Positions 45,536-55,535 are shown, counted from the first letter of the stretch. The stretch: 56,667 bases of DNA from an uncultured Bacilli bacterium (GCA_947623625.1 CANQHD010000001.1:1-56667); one strand, 5' to 3'. Notes: generated from the letters alone by a model not told the origin. Numbers and translations are program-made.

Positions 45536-45564
45536 TTGTCAAAGCAAGGTAAAAATGCTACGAT
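45536..45564 (+). promoter_or_regulatory. candidate promoter of the HTH-metallophosphoesterase gene
   Basis: TTGTCA, 17 nt, TACGAT with TGc extension. Confidence 0.4.
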
Positions 45565-45616
45565 AAAGCCACTTTATAAGTACTTTGTAGAAGAAAAAGA
45601 AAGAAGATGAAAGTAT

Positions 45617-46846
45617 ATGGCAAGAAAACTACAAACAATTTATGAATATTTTAGTGATTATTCTTGCCAAGAAATCGATGAAGTCATTTGGGGACTATCT
45701 TTAGAGGAGCAAGCTATTATAAAAGATAGATATGGAGATGATTTACACCATATAGAATTTGAGCATCTTCAAAAACTAGATTCAAAAAAGAAAGCGCAAT
45801 TTTATAAGATTCTTATTCCAAAAATGAGAAGAATACTTGAAAAGAATCATGCTTCTTTTCAAAAAATTTCACAGTTATTACAATGTATCGATCAAGAAAA
45901 AAGTCATAATAAAATTTGTGAAAACCTAAAAATCGATCACCGGCAACTCTATAGTCTACTTCTAGAGCTGAAAAATAAAGGTTTTGTGTTTAAAAGACAA
46001 TACTACTCTGATGGTACAATCAGATATAGAAAAATCACCACTTCAAAGGAATTGAGACTTGAACAGAATTCTCAGCAAAATAAAACCATTATTACCAATC
46101 AAAATGAAAATACGCTTAAATTTTTAGTCTTATCTGATCTTCATTTTGGAAATAGTTTAGAAAGACTAGACTTAGTCGATCGTGCTTTTAACTATTGCTT
46201 AAAAAATGGAATTCACATTATCTTGTGTGGTGGAGATTTAATAGATGGTACCTTTACTCAAGGCAATCAAAAGATAACGAATCCATATCAACAGATTGAG
46301 TACTTTCTTCGAAAATATCCGTTTGATAGAAATATCCTGACTTTTAGTGTTTTAGGAAATCATGATATGAGTGCTTTATCATTCGCTTCTTTATCTCTTC
46401 TTGAAGCTTGTCATAACTTTAGACATGATGTTGTTATAGGAGGATTTACCAATACTTTGATCTGTATAAAAAATGATCAAATTCATCTCTATCACCAAAC
46501 GCTAAATAAAGAGATGAGAAAAACACAAGCACCCATTCTTTTATCAGGACATTCTCATCGCTATGCCTCATCTTTAGAGGATGGAGTATTGAATATTAAA
46601 ATTCCATCTTTATCACAAATTATTCATCCGTTCCCAACTGCGCTAGAATTGACTCTTAAATTTAGTAAGGGCTATATCTCATCTTCTGTTCTTAAACAAA
46701 TCTGTTTTCAAGATCAAGATATTATATTAAATGAATCGACTTATCAAATTCCTTTAAGAAAAGAAAACAATAATGAACCTATTAAAAACGTAGAGGTATT
46801 TAAACCAGAGTCTAATGCGCAGACGAAGCAACTTGTTAAAAAATGA
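45617..46846 (+). CDS. fusion of sigma-70 region-4-like HTH, winged-helix-like segment and calcineurin-type metallophosphoesterase
   Basis: N-terminus TIYEYFSDYSCQEIDEVIWGLSLEEQAIIKDRYGDDL. Middle ICENLKIDHRQLYSLLLELKNKGFVFK. MPE motifs VLSDLHFGN, GGDLIDG, LGNHD and GHSH. Confidence 0.65.
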   Translation: MARKLQTIYEYFSDYSCQEIDEVIWGLSLEEQAIIKDRYGDDLHHIEFEHLQKLDSKKKAQFYKILIPKMRRILEKNHASFQKISQLLQCIDQEKSHNKICENLKIDHRQLYSLLLELKNKGFVFKRQYYSDGTIRYRKITTSKELRLEQNSQQNKTIITNQNENTLKFLVLSDLHFGNSLERLDLVDRAFNYCLKNGIHIILCGGDLIDGTFTQGNQKITNPYQQIEYFLRKYPFDRNILTFSVLGNHDMSALSFASLSLLEACHNFRHDVVIGGFTNTLICIKNDQIHLYHQTLNKEMRKTQAPILLSGHSHRYASSLEDGVLNIKIPSLSQIIHPFPTALELTLKFSKGYISSSVLKQICFQDQDIILNESTYQIPLRKENNNEPIKNVEVFKPESNAQTKQLVKK

Positions 46847-46908
46847 ATTTCTTTTTAATAAGAAGTATGATATAATCAAAGTCAAATGTAAGGAAGAAGT
46901 GAAAAAAA

Positions 46909-48531
46909 ATGGAAAAAACATATGTTTTTGGGCATCGAAAACCTGATACGGATTCGGTTGCATCATGTATCGCATTCGCTTATTTAAAGCAACAATTAGG
47001 AGTAAAAGCAGAAGCAAAAGTTTTAAGTGCAATTAATAAAGAATCAAAATATGCACTAGATTATTTTGGTGTAAAAGAGCCTGCTTATTTAAACGATGTT
47101 AAATTGCAACTAAAAGATATTGGCTATCATAAGAAGTGTTTTTTAGAAGATACTTCATCCATTTATGATGCATATTTATACATGTTTCAACAAAATCTTA
47201 CAGGTGTTCCAATTGTTAAAAATGATCATCAATTCTTAGGAATTGTAACGATTAAAGATTTAGCACATCATTTTGTTAATGCAGAAGTAAGAAACTTAAA
47301 TACATCCTATCAAAATATTCTCTCTGTTTTAAAAGGAGAAGAAGTTGTAAGACAGGATGAAGAAATTCAAGGAAACTTATTGGTAGCATCTTATCGAAGT
47401 ACGACTTTTATAACGACTGTTTCTCTTTCACCTAGTGATATTTTAATAGTAGGTGATAGACATAGTGTCATTGAGTATGCAGTTGATTCAAAAGTTAAAC
47501 TCATTATCATTGTTGGAAATGGAGAAATGAAAGAAGCACATATTCAAAAAGCAAAAGAAAATGGTGTTAATATTATTCGAACCAATTATGATACTTACCA
47601 TGTTGCTAGATTAGTATCACTCAGCAATTATGTTCAAACAATTCTTAACAAAGAACAAGAAGCAATTTGCTTTGATGAAAATGACTATGTTGGAGATATT
47701 TTAGAAATTAATAAGAAATTACGCCATACAAATTATCCAGTTGTGACTCGAAATCAAAAGTGTCTTGGACTGTTAAAAATTTCAGATTTAGATGACAAGC
47801 ATCCTAAAAAAGTTATTTTAGTGGATCATAATGAAAAAATGCAAAGTGCTGAGGGAATCGAAGAAGCTGAGATCTTAGAAATTATCGATCACCATAATTT
47901 AGGAAGCATTACAACCAATGCACCTGTTAACTTTCGAAATATGGCAGTTGGAAGTACTTGTACCATTGTTTATTATTTATATAAAGAAAAAGAGATTGAA
48001 ATTCCTAAAAAAATTGCAGGAATGCTCTTATCAGGTATTTTATCTGACACGCTCATCTTAAAAAGCCCAACCAAGACTCAATTAGATGTGGAAGCTGTTA
48101 ATGACTTAGCCACTTTAGCCGAAGTTGATTATAAAAAATATGGACTTGATTTATTAAAAGCCGGTTCTTCTCTTGATGGAATGAGCAAAGAAGAAGTCCT
48201 TTATAATGACTTTAAACTTTATACAGTTGATGATAAAACATTTGGAGTTGGACAGTTCTTTACAATGAATTTTCAAGAAATTGCCCAAGAAATGGATGCT
48301 TATGTTGATGTATTAGATGAAGTTGCTGAAGCCAATCAATATCAACTTGTTGCTCTATATATTACAGATATTATTCAAAATGGATCCTATATATTATTTA
48401 ATCGTAAAGCAAAAGACTTACTTTCTCTTGCTTATAAAATGGATGACTTATCTGAAGGAACTTATTTTGACGGATGTGTCTCAAGAAAAAAACATGTTAT
48501 TCCTCTTTTAATGGAAGTTTTTGAAAAATAA
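46909..48531 (+). CDS. ppaC: CBS-domain-containing family II (DHH/DHHA2) inorganic pyrophosphatase
   Basis: GHRKPDTDS and DHHNLG DHH motifs, an inserted CBS pair plus DRTGG-like region, and a DHHA2 C-terminus; 540 aa. Confidence 0.8.
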   Translation: MEKTYVFGHRKPDTDSVASCIAFAYLKQQLGVKAEAKVLSAINKESKYALDYFGVKEPAYLNDVKLQLKDIGYHKKCFLEDTSSIYDAYLYMFQQNLTGVPIVKNDHQFLGIVTIKDLAHHFVNAEVRNLNTSYQNILSVLKGEEVVRQDEEIQGNLLVASYRSTTFITTVSLSPSDILIVGDRHSVIEYAVDSKVKLIIIVGNGEMKEAHIQKAKENGVNIIRTNYDTYHVARLVSLSNYVQTILNKEQEAICFDENDYVGDILEINKKLRHTNYPVVTRNQKCLGLLKISDLDDKHPKKVILVDHNEKMQSAEGIEEAEILEIIDHHNLGSITTNAPVNFRNMAVGSTCTIVYYLYKEKEIEIPKKIAGMLLSGILSDTLILKSPTKTQLDVEAVNDLATLAEVDYKKYGLDLLKAGSSLDGMSKEEVLYNDFKLYTVDDKTFGVGQFFTMNFQEIAQEMDAYVDVLDEVAEANQYQLVALYITDIIQNGSYILFNRKAKDLLSLAYKMDDLSEGTYFDGCVSRKKHVIPLLMEVFEK

Positions 48532-48590
48532 ATTCTTTAAGATGTGAAAAGTTATGATATAATGAATATACTAGGAAAGAGAGGCGACTT

Positions 48591-49430
48591 ATGAAAGAAA
48601 AAATCATACTTTTACTAAAAGGCTTTTTTATTGGAATTGCCAATATTATTCCTGGAGTCAGTGGTGGAACTTTGGCACTGACTTTAGGAATTTATGAAGA
48701 ACTGATTGAAACAGTGAGTCATATTGCTACAAATTTGAAGAAAAAAATGGGATTTTTAATTCCAATTGGATTGGGAGCAGTCCTTGCTATTTTAATTGGT
48801 AGTAAAATCATTAAAGAAAGCTTACAATTCTTTCCATTTGCGACAACTCTTTTCTTTATAGGTCTTATCTTAGGAGGAGTTCCACTTCTTACAAGAAAAG
48901 TAAAAAAAGAAAAAATAAGTGGTTCTTGTGTATTCATTTTAATTCTTACTTTGCTTTTTGTCTTAGGACTTAGTCTTTTAAAAACAGGAAGTGATGGCAT
49001 CACTTTATCTAACCTTGGTTTTGGTGGATATGTTCTTTTAATGATTATTGGTGTGATTGCTGCTGCAACAATGGTTATTCCAGGCGTTTCAGGTTCAATG
49101 GTGTTAATGCTTCTAGGCTATTACAATCCGATTATTAATACAATAGAAAAATTAACACACTTCAAAAATATGGGAGAATGTATTTTAATTTTAGTTCCAT
49201 TTGGAGTAGGGGTGTTGATTGGAGTCGTTGCCATTGCTAAACTGATTGAATTTTTACTAAAAAAGTACGAAGTCAAAACGTATTATGCTGTCTTAGGCTT
49301 TGTGATTGCCTCAATTTTAACGCTATTCAAGTCTATTTTTCCAATAGAAGTAGAGAAAATAGAAATTATTGTTGGACTTTTGTTGTTAGTTGTTGGAACT
49401 TTGGTTGGATATAAGTTAGGAGATGAATAA
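48591..49430 (+). CDS. DUF368 family membrane protein (PopT-type putative undecaprenyl-phosphate translocase)
   Basis: Duplicated IIPGVSGGTLAL and VIPGVSGSMVLMLLG motifs characteristic of DUF368. Confidence 0.8.
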   Translation: MKEKIILLLKGFFIGIANIIPGVSGGTLALTLGIYEELIETVSHIATNLKKKMGFLIPIGLGAVLAILIGSKIIKESLQFFPFATTLFFIGLILGGVPLLTRKVKKEKISGSCVFILILTLLFVLGLSLLKTGSDGITLSNLGFGGYVLLMIIGVIAAATMVIPGVSGSMVLMLLGYYNPIINTIEKLTHFKNMGECILILVPFGVGVLIGVVAIAKLIEFLLKKYEVKTYYAVLGFVIASILTLFKSIFPIEVEKIEIIVGLLLLVVGTLVGYKLGDE

Positions 49431-49432
49431 AA

Positions 49433-50245
49433 ATGGAGTTGTTTGAAGTATTTATATTGGGAGTGATTCAAGGCATTGCAGAGTTTCTTCCAATTTCATC
49501 CAGTGCCCATCTGATTATTTTTAGAGATGTCTTTGGAATTGGAAAATCCATGGGAAGTAACTTAGCCATGAGTTTCGATATTGCTCTACATTTGGGAACA
49601 TTGCTCGCAATTGCTGTGTTTTTCTTTCATGACTTTTGGACGATGTTTATCAAAGGAATTTCAAAAGGTGTCAAAGACAAAGAAGGAAAAATGTTCTGGT
49701 ATGTTGTTGCTGCAACGATTCCAGCAGCTATTGTTGGTGTTTTATTTGAAGATGTTGTCGAAGAGGCTTTCCGAAAGAATTATATTTTGATTGCCTTAGC
49801 ACTTGCAATTATGGGAATTATTATTTATTTAGTAGATAAGGTGAGCAAACAGAAAAAGAACTTAAGTCAAATGAGTCTTCAAGATGCCATTTTGATTGGG
49901 TGTAGTCAAGTATTTGCACTAATTCCTGGATTTTCCCGAAGTGGAACAACCATTGCTTGTGCTAGAGGACTTAAAATGAATCGAGAAGATGCGGCTAAAT
50001 TTTCCTTTTATCTATCCGCACCAGTTGTTTTAGGAGCTGCAGTACTACAACTTTTAAAAAGCGAGACAATTCATGCGATTACAACTCATTTATCCATGTT
50101 TATTATTGGAGTTTCTACATCCTTTATTGTTGGACTATTATGTATTCAATTTTTATTAAAGTACTTGAAAAAGCACGACTTTAAAATTTTTATGTACTAT
50201 CGAGTTTTACTAGCTGTTATTGTGATTATTGCAACTTTATTATAA
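49433..50245 (+). CDS. uppP: undecaprenyl-diphosphate phosphatase (BacA/UppP)
   Basis: EFLPISSSAHL and PGFSRSGTT motifs; 270 aa. Starts 2 nt after the DUF368 gene. Confidence 0.9.
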   Translation: MELFEVFILGVIQGIAEFLPISSSAHLIIFRDVFGIGKSMGSNLAMSFDIALHLGTLLAIAVFFFHDFWTMFIKGISKGVKDKEGKMFWYVVAATIPAAIVGVLFEDVVEEAFRKNYILIALALAIMGIIIYLVDKVSKQKKNLSQMSLQDAILIGCSQVFALIPGFSRSGTTIACARGLKMNREDAAKFSFYLSAPVVLGAAVLQLLKSETIHAITTHLSMFIIGVSTSFIVGLLCIQFLLKYLKKHDFKIFMYYRVLLAVIVIIATLL

Positions 50246-50264
50246 AAAGAAAAGGGGATTAATT

Positions 50265-51023
50265 ATGAATGATAGAATTATTGCATTATTTATCACACTA
50301 TCTTTGAGCATATTTATTGGAATAGGGGCGATTCTTGCAGTTCTAACGAAGAGGCAACCTAAAGTCATTGATCTCATTATGGGACTTGCTTTTTCGCTTA
50401 TCCTCATGTTAATTTTAACGGATTTGCTTCCAGAAACAATTGAACTACTGGGAATTAAAAATTTATGGGCTTTTTTAATTTTTGGGTGCTTAGGTGTTTT
50501 ATTTTTGAAAGTCCTTGATAATTATATACCAGAACATCATAGTAAAAAAATGACGAAAAAAGAGGAAAATAGCAATAATATTATTCACATTGGAATATTA
50601 TCCATCATTGCTTTAGTGCTTCATAATATTGTTGAAGGAATGGCAATTTATCTTACTTCTTGTAAATCTGTTACATTGGGTGCTATGATGAGTCTTGGAG
50701 TAGGACTTCATAATGTTCCTTTAGGAATGGTAGTGACATCTGTGTTTTATCAAGCCAAGCAAAAAGGTTATACCCCATTTCTAGCTGTTCTTGTTTTTGC
50801 CATTTCATCTTTCTTTGGAGGATTTATTCTATTCCTTTTCAATATCACAGTTTTAAATGATTTTATCATTGGAATATTTTTGTCCTTTACAATTGGAATG
50901 CTACTTTATATTTTAGTCTTTGAACTTTGGCCAAAAGTCAAACATAGTAAAAATAGAAATTATAGTATTTATGGAATAATTATGGGCGTTCTCTTAATTC
51001 TATTTAAATTTTTAATGGATTAA
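50265..51023 (+). CDS. ZIP family metal (zinc/iron) transporter
   Basis: HNIVEGMA and GLHNVPLG motifs, multiple TM helices. ATG at 50265 after AAGGGGA. Confidence 0.8.
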   Translation: MNDRIIALFITLSLSIFIGIGAILAVLTKRQPKVIDLIMGLAFSLILMLILTDLLPETIELLGIKNLWAFLIFGCLGVLFLKVLDNYIPEHHSKKMTKKEENSNNIIHIGILSIIALVLHNIVEGMAIYLTSCKSVTLGAMMSLGVGLHNVPLGMVVTSVFYQAKQKGYTPFLAVLVFAISSFFGGFILFLFNITVLNDFIIGIFLSFTIGMLLYILVFELWPKVKHSKNRNYSIYGIIMGVLLILFKFLMD

Positions 51024-51026
51024 ACT

Positions 51027-51062
51027 AAAAAGCAAACTTGAAATCAATCAGTTGCTTTTTTT
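51027..51062 (+). terminator. rho-independent terminator after the DUF368-uppP-ZIP operon
   Basis: AAAAAGCAAAC...GTTGCTTTTTTT hairpin (one bulged A) plus T-run. Confidence 0.6.
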
Positions 51063-51250
51063 CTGTTCCCATAATTTCCCATATTCATACCAAATTTATA
51101 CGGTTATTCTTTTATATACTCGTAGTAAGAAAGGAGGAGATAAAAGACTTAAAAAGAATAAAGAAAAAGTTATCTATTACATGAAATATATGAATATAAA
51201 AAGGATGTGATAACAAATTGAATAATATGATATAATGGGTATGGTGAAGC

Positions 51251-51916
51251 ATGATGTATAAAATATGTTTTGTAGAAGATGAAGAGCATCTAGCAAGTGT
51301 TGTGAAAGCTTATTTAGAAAAAGCAGGATATCAAGTGATTCATTTTTCTAAAGGGGCAGATGCCATTTCTTATATTGGAAAAGATGTAGATGTTTGGATT
51401 CTGGACATTATGTTAGGAGATGATATCAATGGATATGATGTAATCAAAGCAATTCGAAAAGAGAATGAAAGCGTTCCTGTTATCTTTACATCAGCAAGAG
51501 ATCAAGATCTCGATCGAATTTTAGGCCTAGAGTTAGGTAGCGATGATTACATAACAAAACCTTATTCAAATAAAGAACTTGTCCTAAGGGTTGAGAACAT
51601 CTTAAAAAGATGCTATCCAAAGGATAAAAATAGTTCAATATATTTTTATGAAGACTATGCAGTGGATGTGGACAAAAGAGTTGTCACACAAAAAGACAAA
51701 GAAATAGTTTTAACAACTCTTGAATTTGATTTATTATACCTTTTCCTTAACCATATGAATAAAAGCTTTTCAAGAGAAGAAATACTTGAACAAATATGGG
51801 GATTGGATTATTTTGGAAGTGATCGTGCTGTCGATGATTTGGTAAGAAGACTCAGAAAGAAAATGCCTCTATTACGTTTAAATAGTGTTTATGGCTATGG
51901 TTATCGGCTATCATGA
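51251..51916 (+). CDS. OmpR/PhoB-family response regulator
   Basis: REC (VWILDIMLGD, TSARD, KP) plus winged-helix (LTTLEFDLLYLF...YGYGYRL). The start could be the second ATG at 51254. Confidence 0.85.
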   Translation: MMYKICFVEDEEHLASVVKAYLEKAGYQVIHFSKGADAISYIGKDVDVWILDIMLGDDINGYDVIKAIRKENESVPVIFTSARDQDLDRILGLELGSDDYITKPYSNKELVLRVENILKRCYPKDKNSSIYFYEDYAVDVDKRVVTQKDKEIVLTTLEFDLLYLFLNHMNKSFSREEILEQIWGLDYFGSDRAVDDLVRRLRKKMPLLRLNSVYGYGYRLS

Positions 51917-53193
51917 ATTATATTAAATGCCATTTGTCTAGGCAATTGATGACAATCATTGTTATTGTCTTTGCAATTGTCTTCCTATTTTTAGGAATTT
52001 TACTTCCAAATTTTCTTATTCCTGTATCTGAAAAAACAATATATAACTATTTAAGAGAACCTTTATCATTTGTAGAAAAAGACATTGATAAAGGTCTTAT
52101 CAAAACAGAAATTGCCTATCTTTATGAGTTTGGAGATTCCATCGCTTATAGCGAAAATATTGATGAGATTATCTCATTTAAAAACGTTAAACAAATCCTT
52201 CCATACTTTAAAGATGAATATGGTAAATTCTTATATCAGCATCAAGTTTATTATTATTATACAATTCATGATGATGATATTACAAAAATAGCGCTGACAA
52301 ATGATAGTTATATTACTCAGACTAAAAATGATTTACTGAGTGCGATCTTACCCGTTATATTTATTGCCTTTCTTTTAATTGCCTTCATTCTTATCGTTTG
52401 GAGTGGAACAATTGTTAAGAAGATAGAAAAATTAAAGCAAAAAATTGATCATATTGATGATCCAAATTATCAAGAAGTGATCGATTTTGCAGTTGATGAT
52501 GAGATTAGGTCTTTAGCGTTAGCCCTTGAAGATATGCGTATTTCTTTAAAAGATCAAGAAGAATTACGCAATCAAATGTATCAAAACATTTCACACGATT
52601 TTAAAACACCTCTTACTGTAATAAAATCATATATTGAAGCTTATGAAGATAATGTGGAAGATGCAGATACTGTGCTTCCTGTTATCAAAGAGCAAGCTGA
52701 AAAATTAGAACAAAAAGTTCATTCACTTCTATACTTAAATAAACTCGATTACTTAAAGGGAGTTAAGCTGGAAGAAAAAGTTCTTGTCGATATGCCAAAA
52801 ATTGTTTCTAATGCCATTGAAAAATTTAAGTTTCAGAAGAAAAATATCAAATTTGTTACAAATTTTGATAAAACCTCCAAATTCTATGGAACAGAAGAGC
52901 ATTTTGAAACGATCATCGATAATCTACTTCAAAACTTCATTCGCTATGCTTCCACAACAATAAAGATAACTGCTAAAAATAACCGTTTAACCTTATATAA
53001 TGATGGACCAAATATTGACGCTGACTTTCTTGAAGGAATATTTACTCCGTTCCGAAAAGGAGTAAAGGGTGAGTTTGGTCTTGGGCTATCTATCGTTAAA
53101 AAGACTTTGAATTTGATGGATTATGATATTACTGTAAAAAACGAAAAAAAAGGTGTAACATTCATCATTTTTAGGAAATCTACAAGAAAGTAG
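51913..53193 (+). CDS. sensor histidine kinase (2 TM, HAMP-like, HisKA, HATPase)
   Basis: H-box SHDFKTPLT, N-box DNLLQNFIRYA, G-box GLGLSIVK. ATGA overlap with the regulator gene. Confidence 0.85.
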   Translation: MNYIKCHLSRQLMTIIVIVFAIVFLFLGILLPNFLIPVSEKTIYNYLREPLSFVEKDIDKGLIKTEIAYLYEFGDSIAYSENIDEIISFKNVKQILPYFKDEYGKFLYQHQVYYYYTIHDDDITKIALTNDSYITQTKNDLLSAILPVIFIAFLLIAFILIVWSGTIVKKIEKLKQKIDHIDDPNYQEVIDFAVDDEIRSLALALEDMRISLKDQEELRNQMYQNISHDFKTPLTVIKSYIEAYEDNVEDADTVLPVIKEQAEKLEQKVHSLLYLNKLDYLKGVKLEEKVLVDMPKIVSNAIEKFKFQKKNIKFVTNFDKTSKFYGTEEHFETIIDNLLQNFIRYASTTIKITAKNNRLTLYNDGPNIDADFLEGIFTPFRKGVKGEFGLGLSIVKKTLNLMDYDITVKNEKKGVTFIIFRKSTRK

Positions 53194-53239
53194 GTTTCTT
53201 TTTTTATATTTTGATTAAACTATTAAAGGGTGATTGAAT

Positions 53240-54028
53240 ATGAAAATATTAATAACAGGAGCAACTTCAGGACTTGGGTATTCTCTCTCATGTGAACTTG
53301 CCAAAAAAGGACATATTGTTTATGCAGCAAGTAAGAATGAGAAAGAGACTTTTTATTTAGATCAAAAAGCTAAAAATGACAAAGTTATTTTGTTTCCAAT
53401 TGTTTTAAATTTATTAGATGATTTAGAAAAGTATCAAGAATTTCTGGATGTAGATTGTCTTATTTTACAAGCTGGAATAGGAGAGGGTGGGCATTTATCA
53501 ACGATAGATATTTCAAAAGTAGAAGAAAATTATGAGGTCAATGTCTTTTCTAATTTAAGAGTTTTACAAGCTTATATAAGTTGTTGTGAAAAGAAGAAAA
53601 GAAAAGGAAAAATTTTTGTCACTTCAAGTCTTCTTGCATATGTTCCATTTCCATCTCTTGGAAGTTATGGAAGTACAAAAGCAGCACTTTCTTATCTTGT
53701 CAAAACACTTCAGTGTGAGTTAGAACTTGAATCTAAAAATATTTCTTTAACTCTTGTGGAACCAGGTGCTTATCATACAGGATTTAATCAAGTTATGCTC
53801 GATAATCAGCTTGTAAATCAAAAAGAAGTAACAAGCTATGATCTCTTCCTTTACTCAGTAGAGAAATTTATATTTGTTCTAATCGAATCTTTTAGTTATA
53901 CATCGTTTGTTGATAAGATGGTGAAGGAAATTGAGAAAGAAAGACCGAAAAAGAAAATTCAAATACCTAAAAGACAAAGCTTTTTTGTTCAAATGTATCA
54001 GTTTTTATCTTTATTGAAAGACTTTTAA
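53240..54028 (+). CDS. SDR family oxidoreductase
   Basis: TGATSGLG cofactor motif and catalytic YGSTK (YxxxK). ATG at 53240 after AAGGGTGA. Confidence 0.8.
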   Translation: MKILITGATSGLGYSLSCELAKKGHIVYAASKNEKETFYLDQKAKNDKVILFPIVLNLLDDLEKYQEFLDVDCLILQAGIGEGGHLSTIDISKVEENYEVNVFSNLRVLQAYISCCEKKKRKGKIFVTSSLLAYVPFPSLGSYGSTKAALSYLVKTLQCELELESKNISLTLVEPGAYHTGFNQVMLDNQLVNQKEVTSYDLFLYSVEKFIFVLIESFSYTSFVDKMVKEIEKERPKKKIQIPKRQSFFVQMYQFLSLLKDF

Positions 54029-54072
54029 TTTTATTTAAAATTTGCTATAATAAGTGGCAAAAAGAGGGATTT

Positions 54073-55467
54073 ATGAAAAAAATAAAACGACTGATGGGTC
54101 AAGTTTTGAAAATTATCATTCTTCCATTTGAAGGCGCTTTTTCTAAAAGTGATGAGAAAAAAGAAAAAACACCTCAAGAAAAAAAGAAATCTTTTGTTTG
54201 TCAAAAAAATGAGAAAGAAGAAAAAGAGACCTCAACGCTTTTAGAAAAGAAGACAAAAACAACGCAAAAGAAAAAGCCACTTCTATTCAAACAAAAAGAT
54301 AAGATTCAGCAACCAAAGAAAAATGACTCCAAAAAAGAGCGCCCTAAAATAGATTCATTTATACCTATAATAGAAGTAAAACATTCTTTAGAAAATCCAA
54401 ATCGTGAACAACAACAAGAAGAAAATTTAGAAGAATTGTCAATAGAAGAAAGAATTCAAGAGGGGCTCATCCAAGTTTTATCTTCAAGACAACAGTTATT
54501 AAACGAGTTAATTGTGTCTTATAATAAGATCAATCAAGAATACGAAAAAGCAGATAATCAAAAAGAAGTTGCTTCTTTAATCGAAGAAATTGAGGAGATT
54601 CTAATCAAATTAATTGATTTAGAAAAACAGATGGAATCTTTAAAAGAAAAAGGGGATATAGGGGCAATTTCTGATTTAGAAGAAGTTCTTTTAAAAGATC
54701 TTTCAAATTTAAGTGCTTTTAATGAAAAAACAGTCATTTCATATATTGAACAAAGCGATCAATACAAATACATTGTCTCCAAAATGGATGAAGTGGATGA
54801 AAAAAGCTCATCTTTAGAAGAAAAACTAGAAGAGAAAAAAGAGTATTTGGAGCAAAGAGATGATAAATTTCATCAGTTTTTTAAAGAGACGGATGAAGTG
54901 ATTACTTTTGAAGATCAACTCTATAAAGATTGCTTATATCTTGATCAAGAAGCAAAGGATTTAGAAGAAAAAGCTTCGAAAGAAATTGAAATAACTCAAA
55001 AAATTCAGTATCGTTTTGATGTCATTAATAAATCTTCACTTTTATTTCTTACGGCACTTACGGTTGCGAGAAAGGACAAAAAGAATCATTCTATACCGAT
55101 GACGCTTCTTACAGGACTTCTTGCTATACAAGTTGGAAAAAATTTAGTACAAGGAAGAACCGTAGTAAGTTATATTAAAAGTTATAGTGATTATAGTAAG
55201 GAGATTGAGACAGCATTAACTTCCGTTGATGATTTAAAGAAGTTTTTAAAAAAAAGTCAAAAAAATGTTGAAAAATTAGAAGAAGATTTTTGTACTACTT
55301 TTGATGAAGAGTTAAAAGATCACAAAGAATATCAAAATGTGTTATTTCTCATTCAAAATGTAAAAGACAGCTTTCATGAAAAAGAAGAACAATTAGTGAA
55401 AACAGAGGCAAGTTTAAATGAAAGCATGATAATAACAAAAGAAAAAGTAAAGAAATTGCAACGATAG
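54073..55467 (+). CDS. hypothetical lysine/glutamate-rich coiled-coil protein with hydrophobic segments near residue 330-350
   Basis: Long ORF with RBS AGAGGGA. Low-complexity K/E-rich N-terminus. I recognise no family. Confidence 0.5.
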   Translation: MKKIKRLMGQVLKIIILPFEGAFSKSDEKKEKTPQEKKKSFVCQKNEKEEKETSTLLEKKTKTTQKKKPLLFKQKDKIQQPKKNDSKKERPKIDSFIPIIEVKHSLENPNREQQQEENLEELSIEERIQEGLIQVLSSRQQLLNELIVSYNKINQEYEKADNQKEVASLIEEIEEILIKLIDLEKQMESLKEKGDIGAISDLEEVLLKDLSNLSAFNEKTVISYIEQSDQYKYIVSKMDEVDEKSSSLEEKLEEKKEYLEQRDDKFHQFFKETDEVITFEDQLYKDCLYLDQEAKDLEEKASKEIEITQKIQYRFDVINKSSLLFLTALTVARKDKKNHSIPMTLLTGLLAIQVGKNLVQGRTVVSYIKSYSDYSKEIETALTSVDDLKKFLKKSQKNVEKLEEDFCTTFDEELKDHKEYQNVLFLIQNVKDSFHEKEEQLVKTEASLNESMIITKEKVKKLQR

Positions 55468-55490
55468 GCAATAAATTCTTATAAAATAGC

Positions 55491-55519
55491 TTGAAAATGA
55501 AGAAAAGTTCTGCTATAAT
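55491..55519 (+). promoter_or_regulatory. consensus-like promoter of the tRNA-Met locus
   Basis: TTGAAA (55491-55496), 17 nt, TATAAT (55514-55519) with TGc extension. Confidence 0.6.
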
Positions 55520-55535
55520 TTTAGTTGTCTTACAT

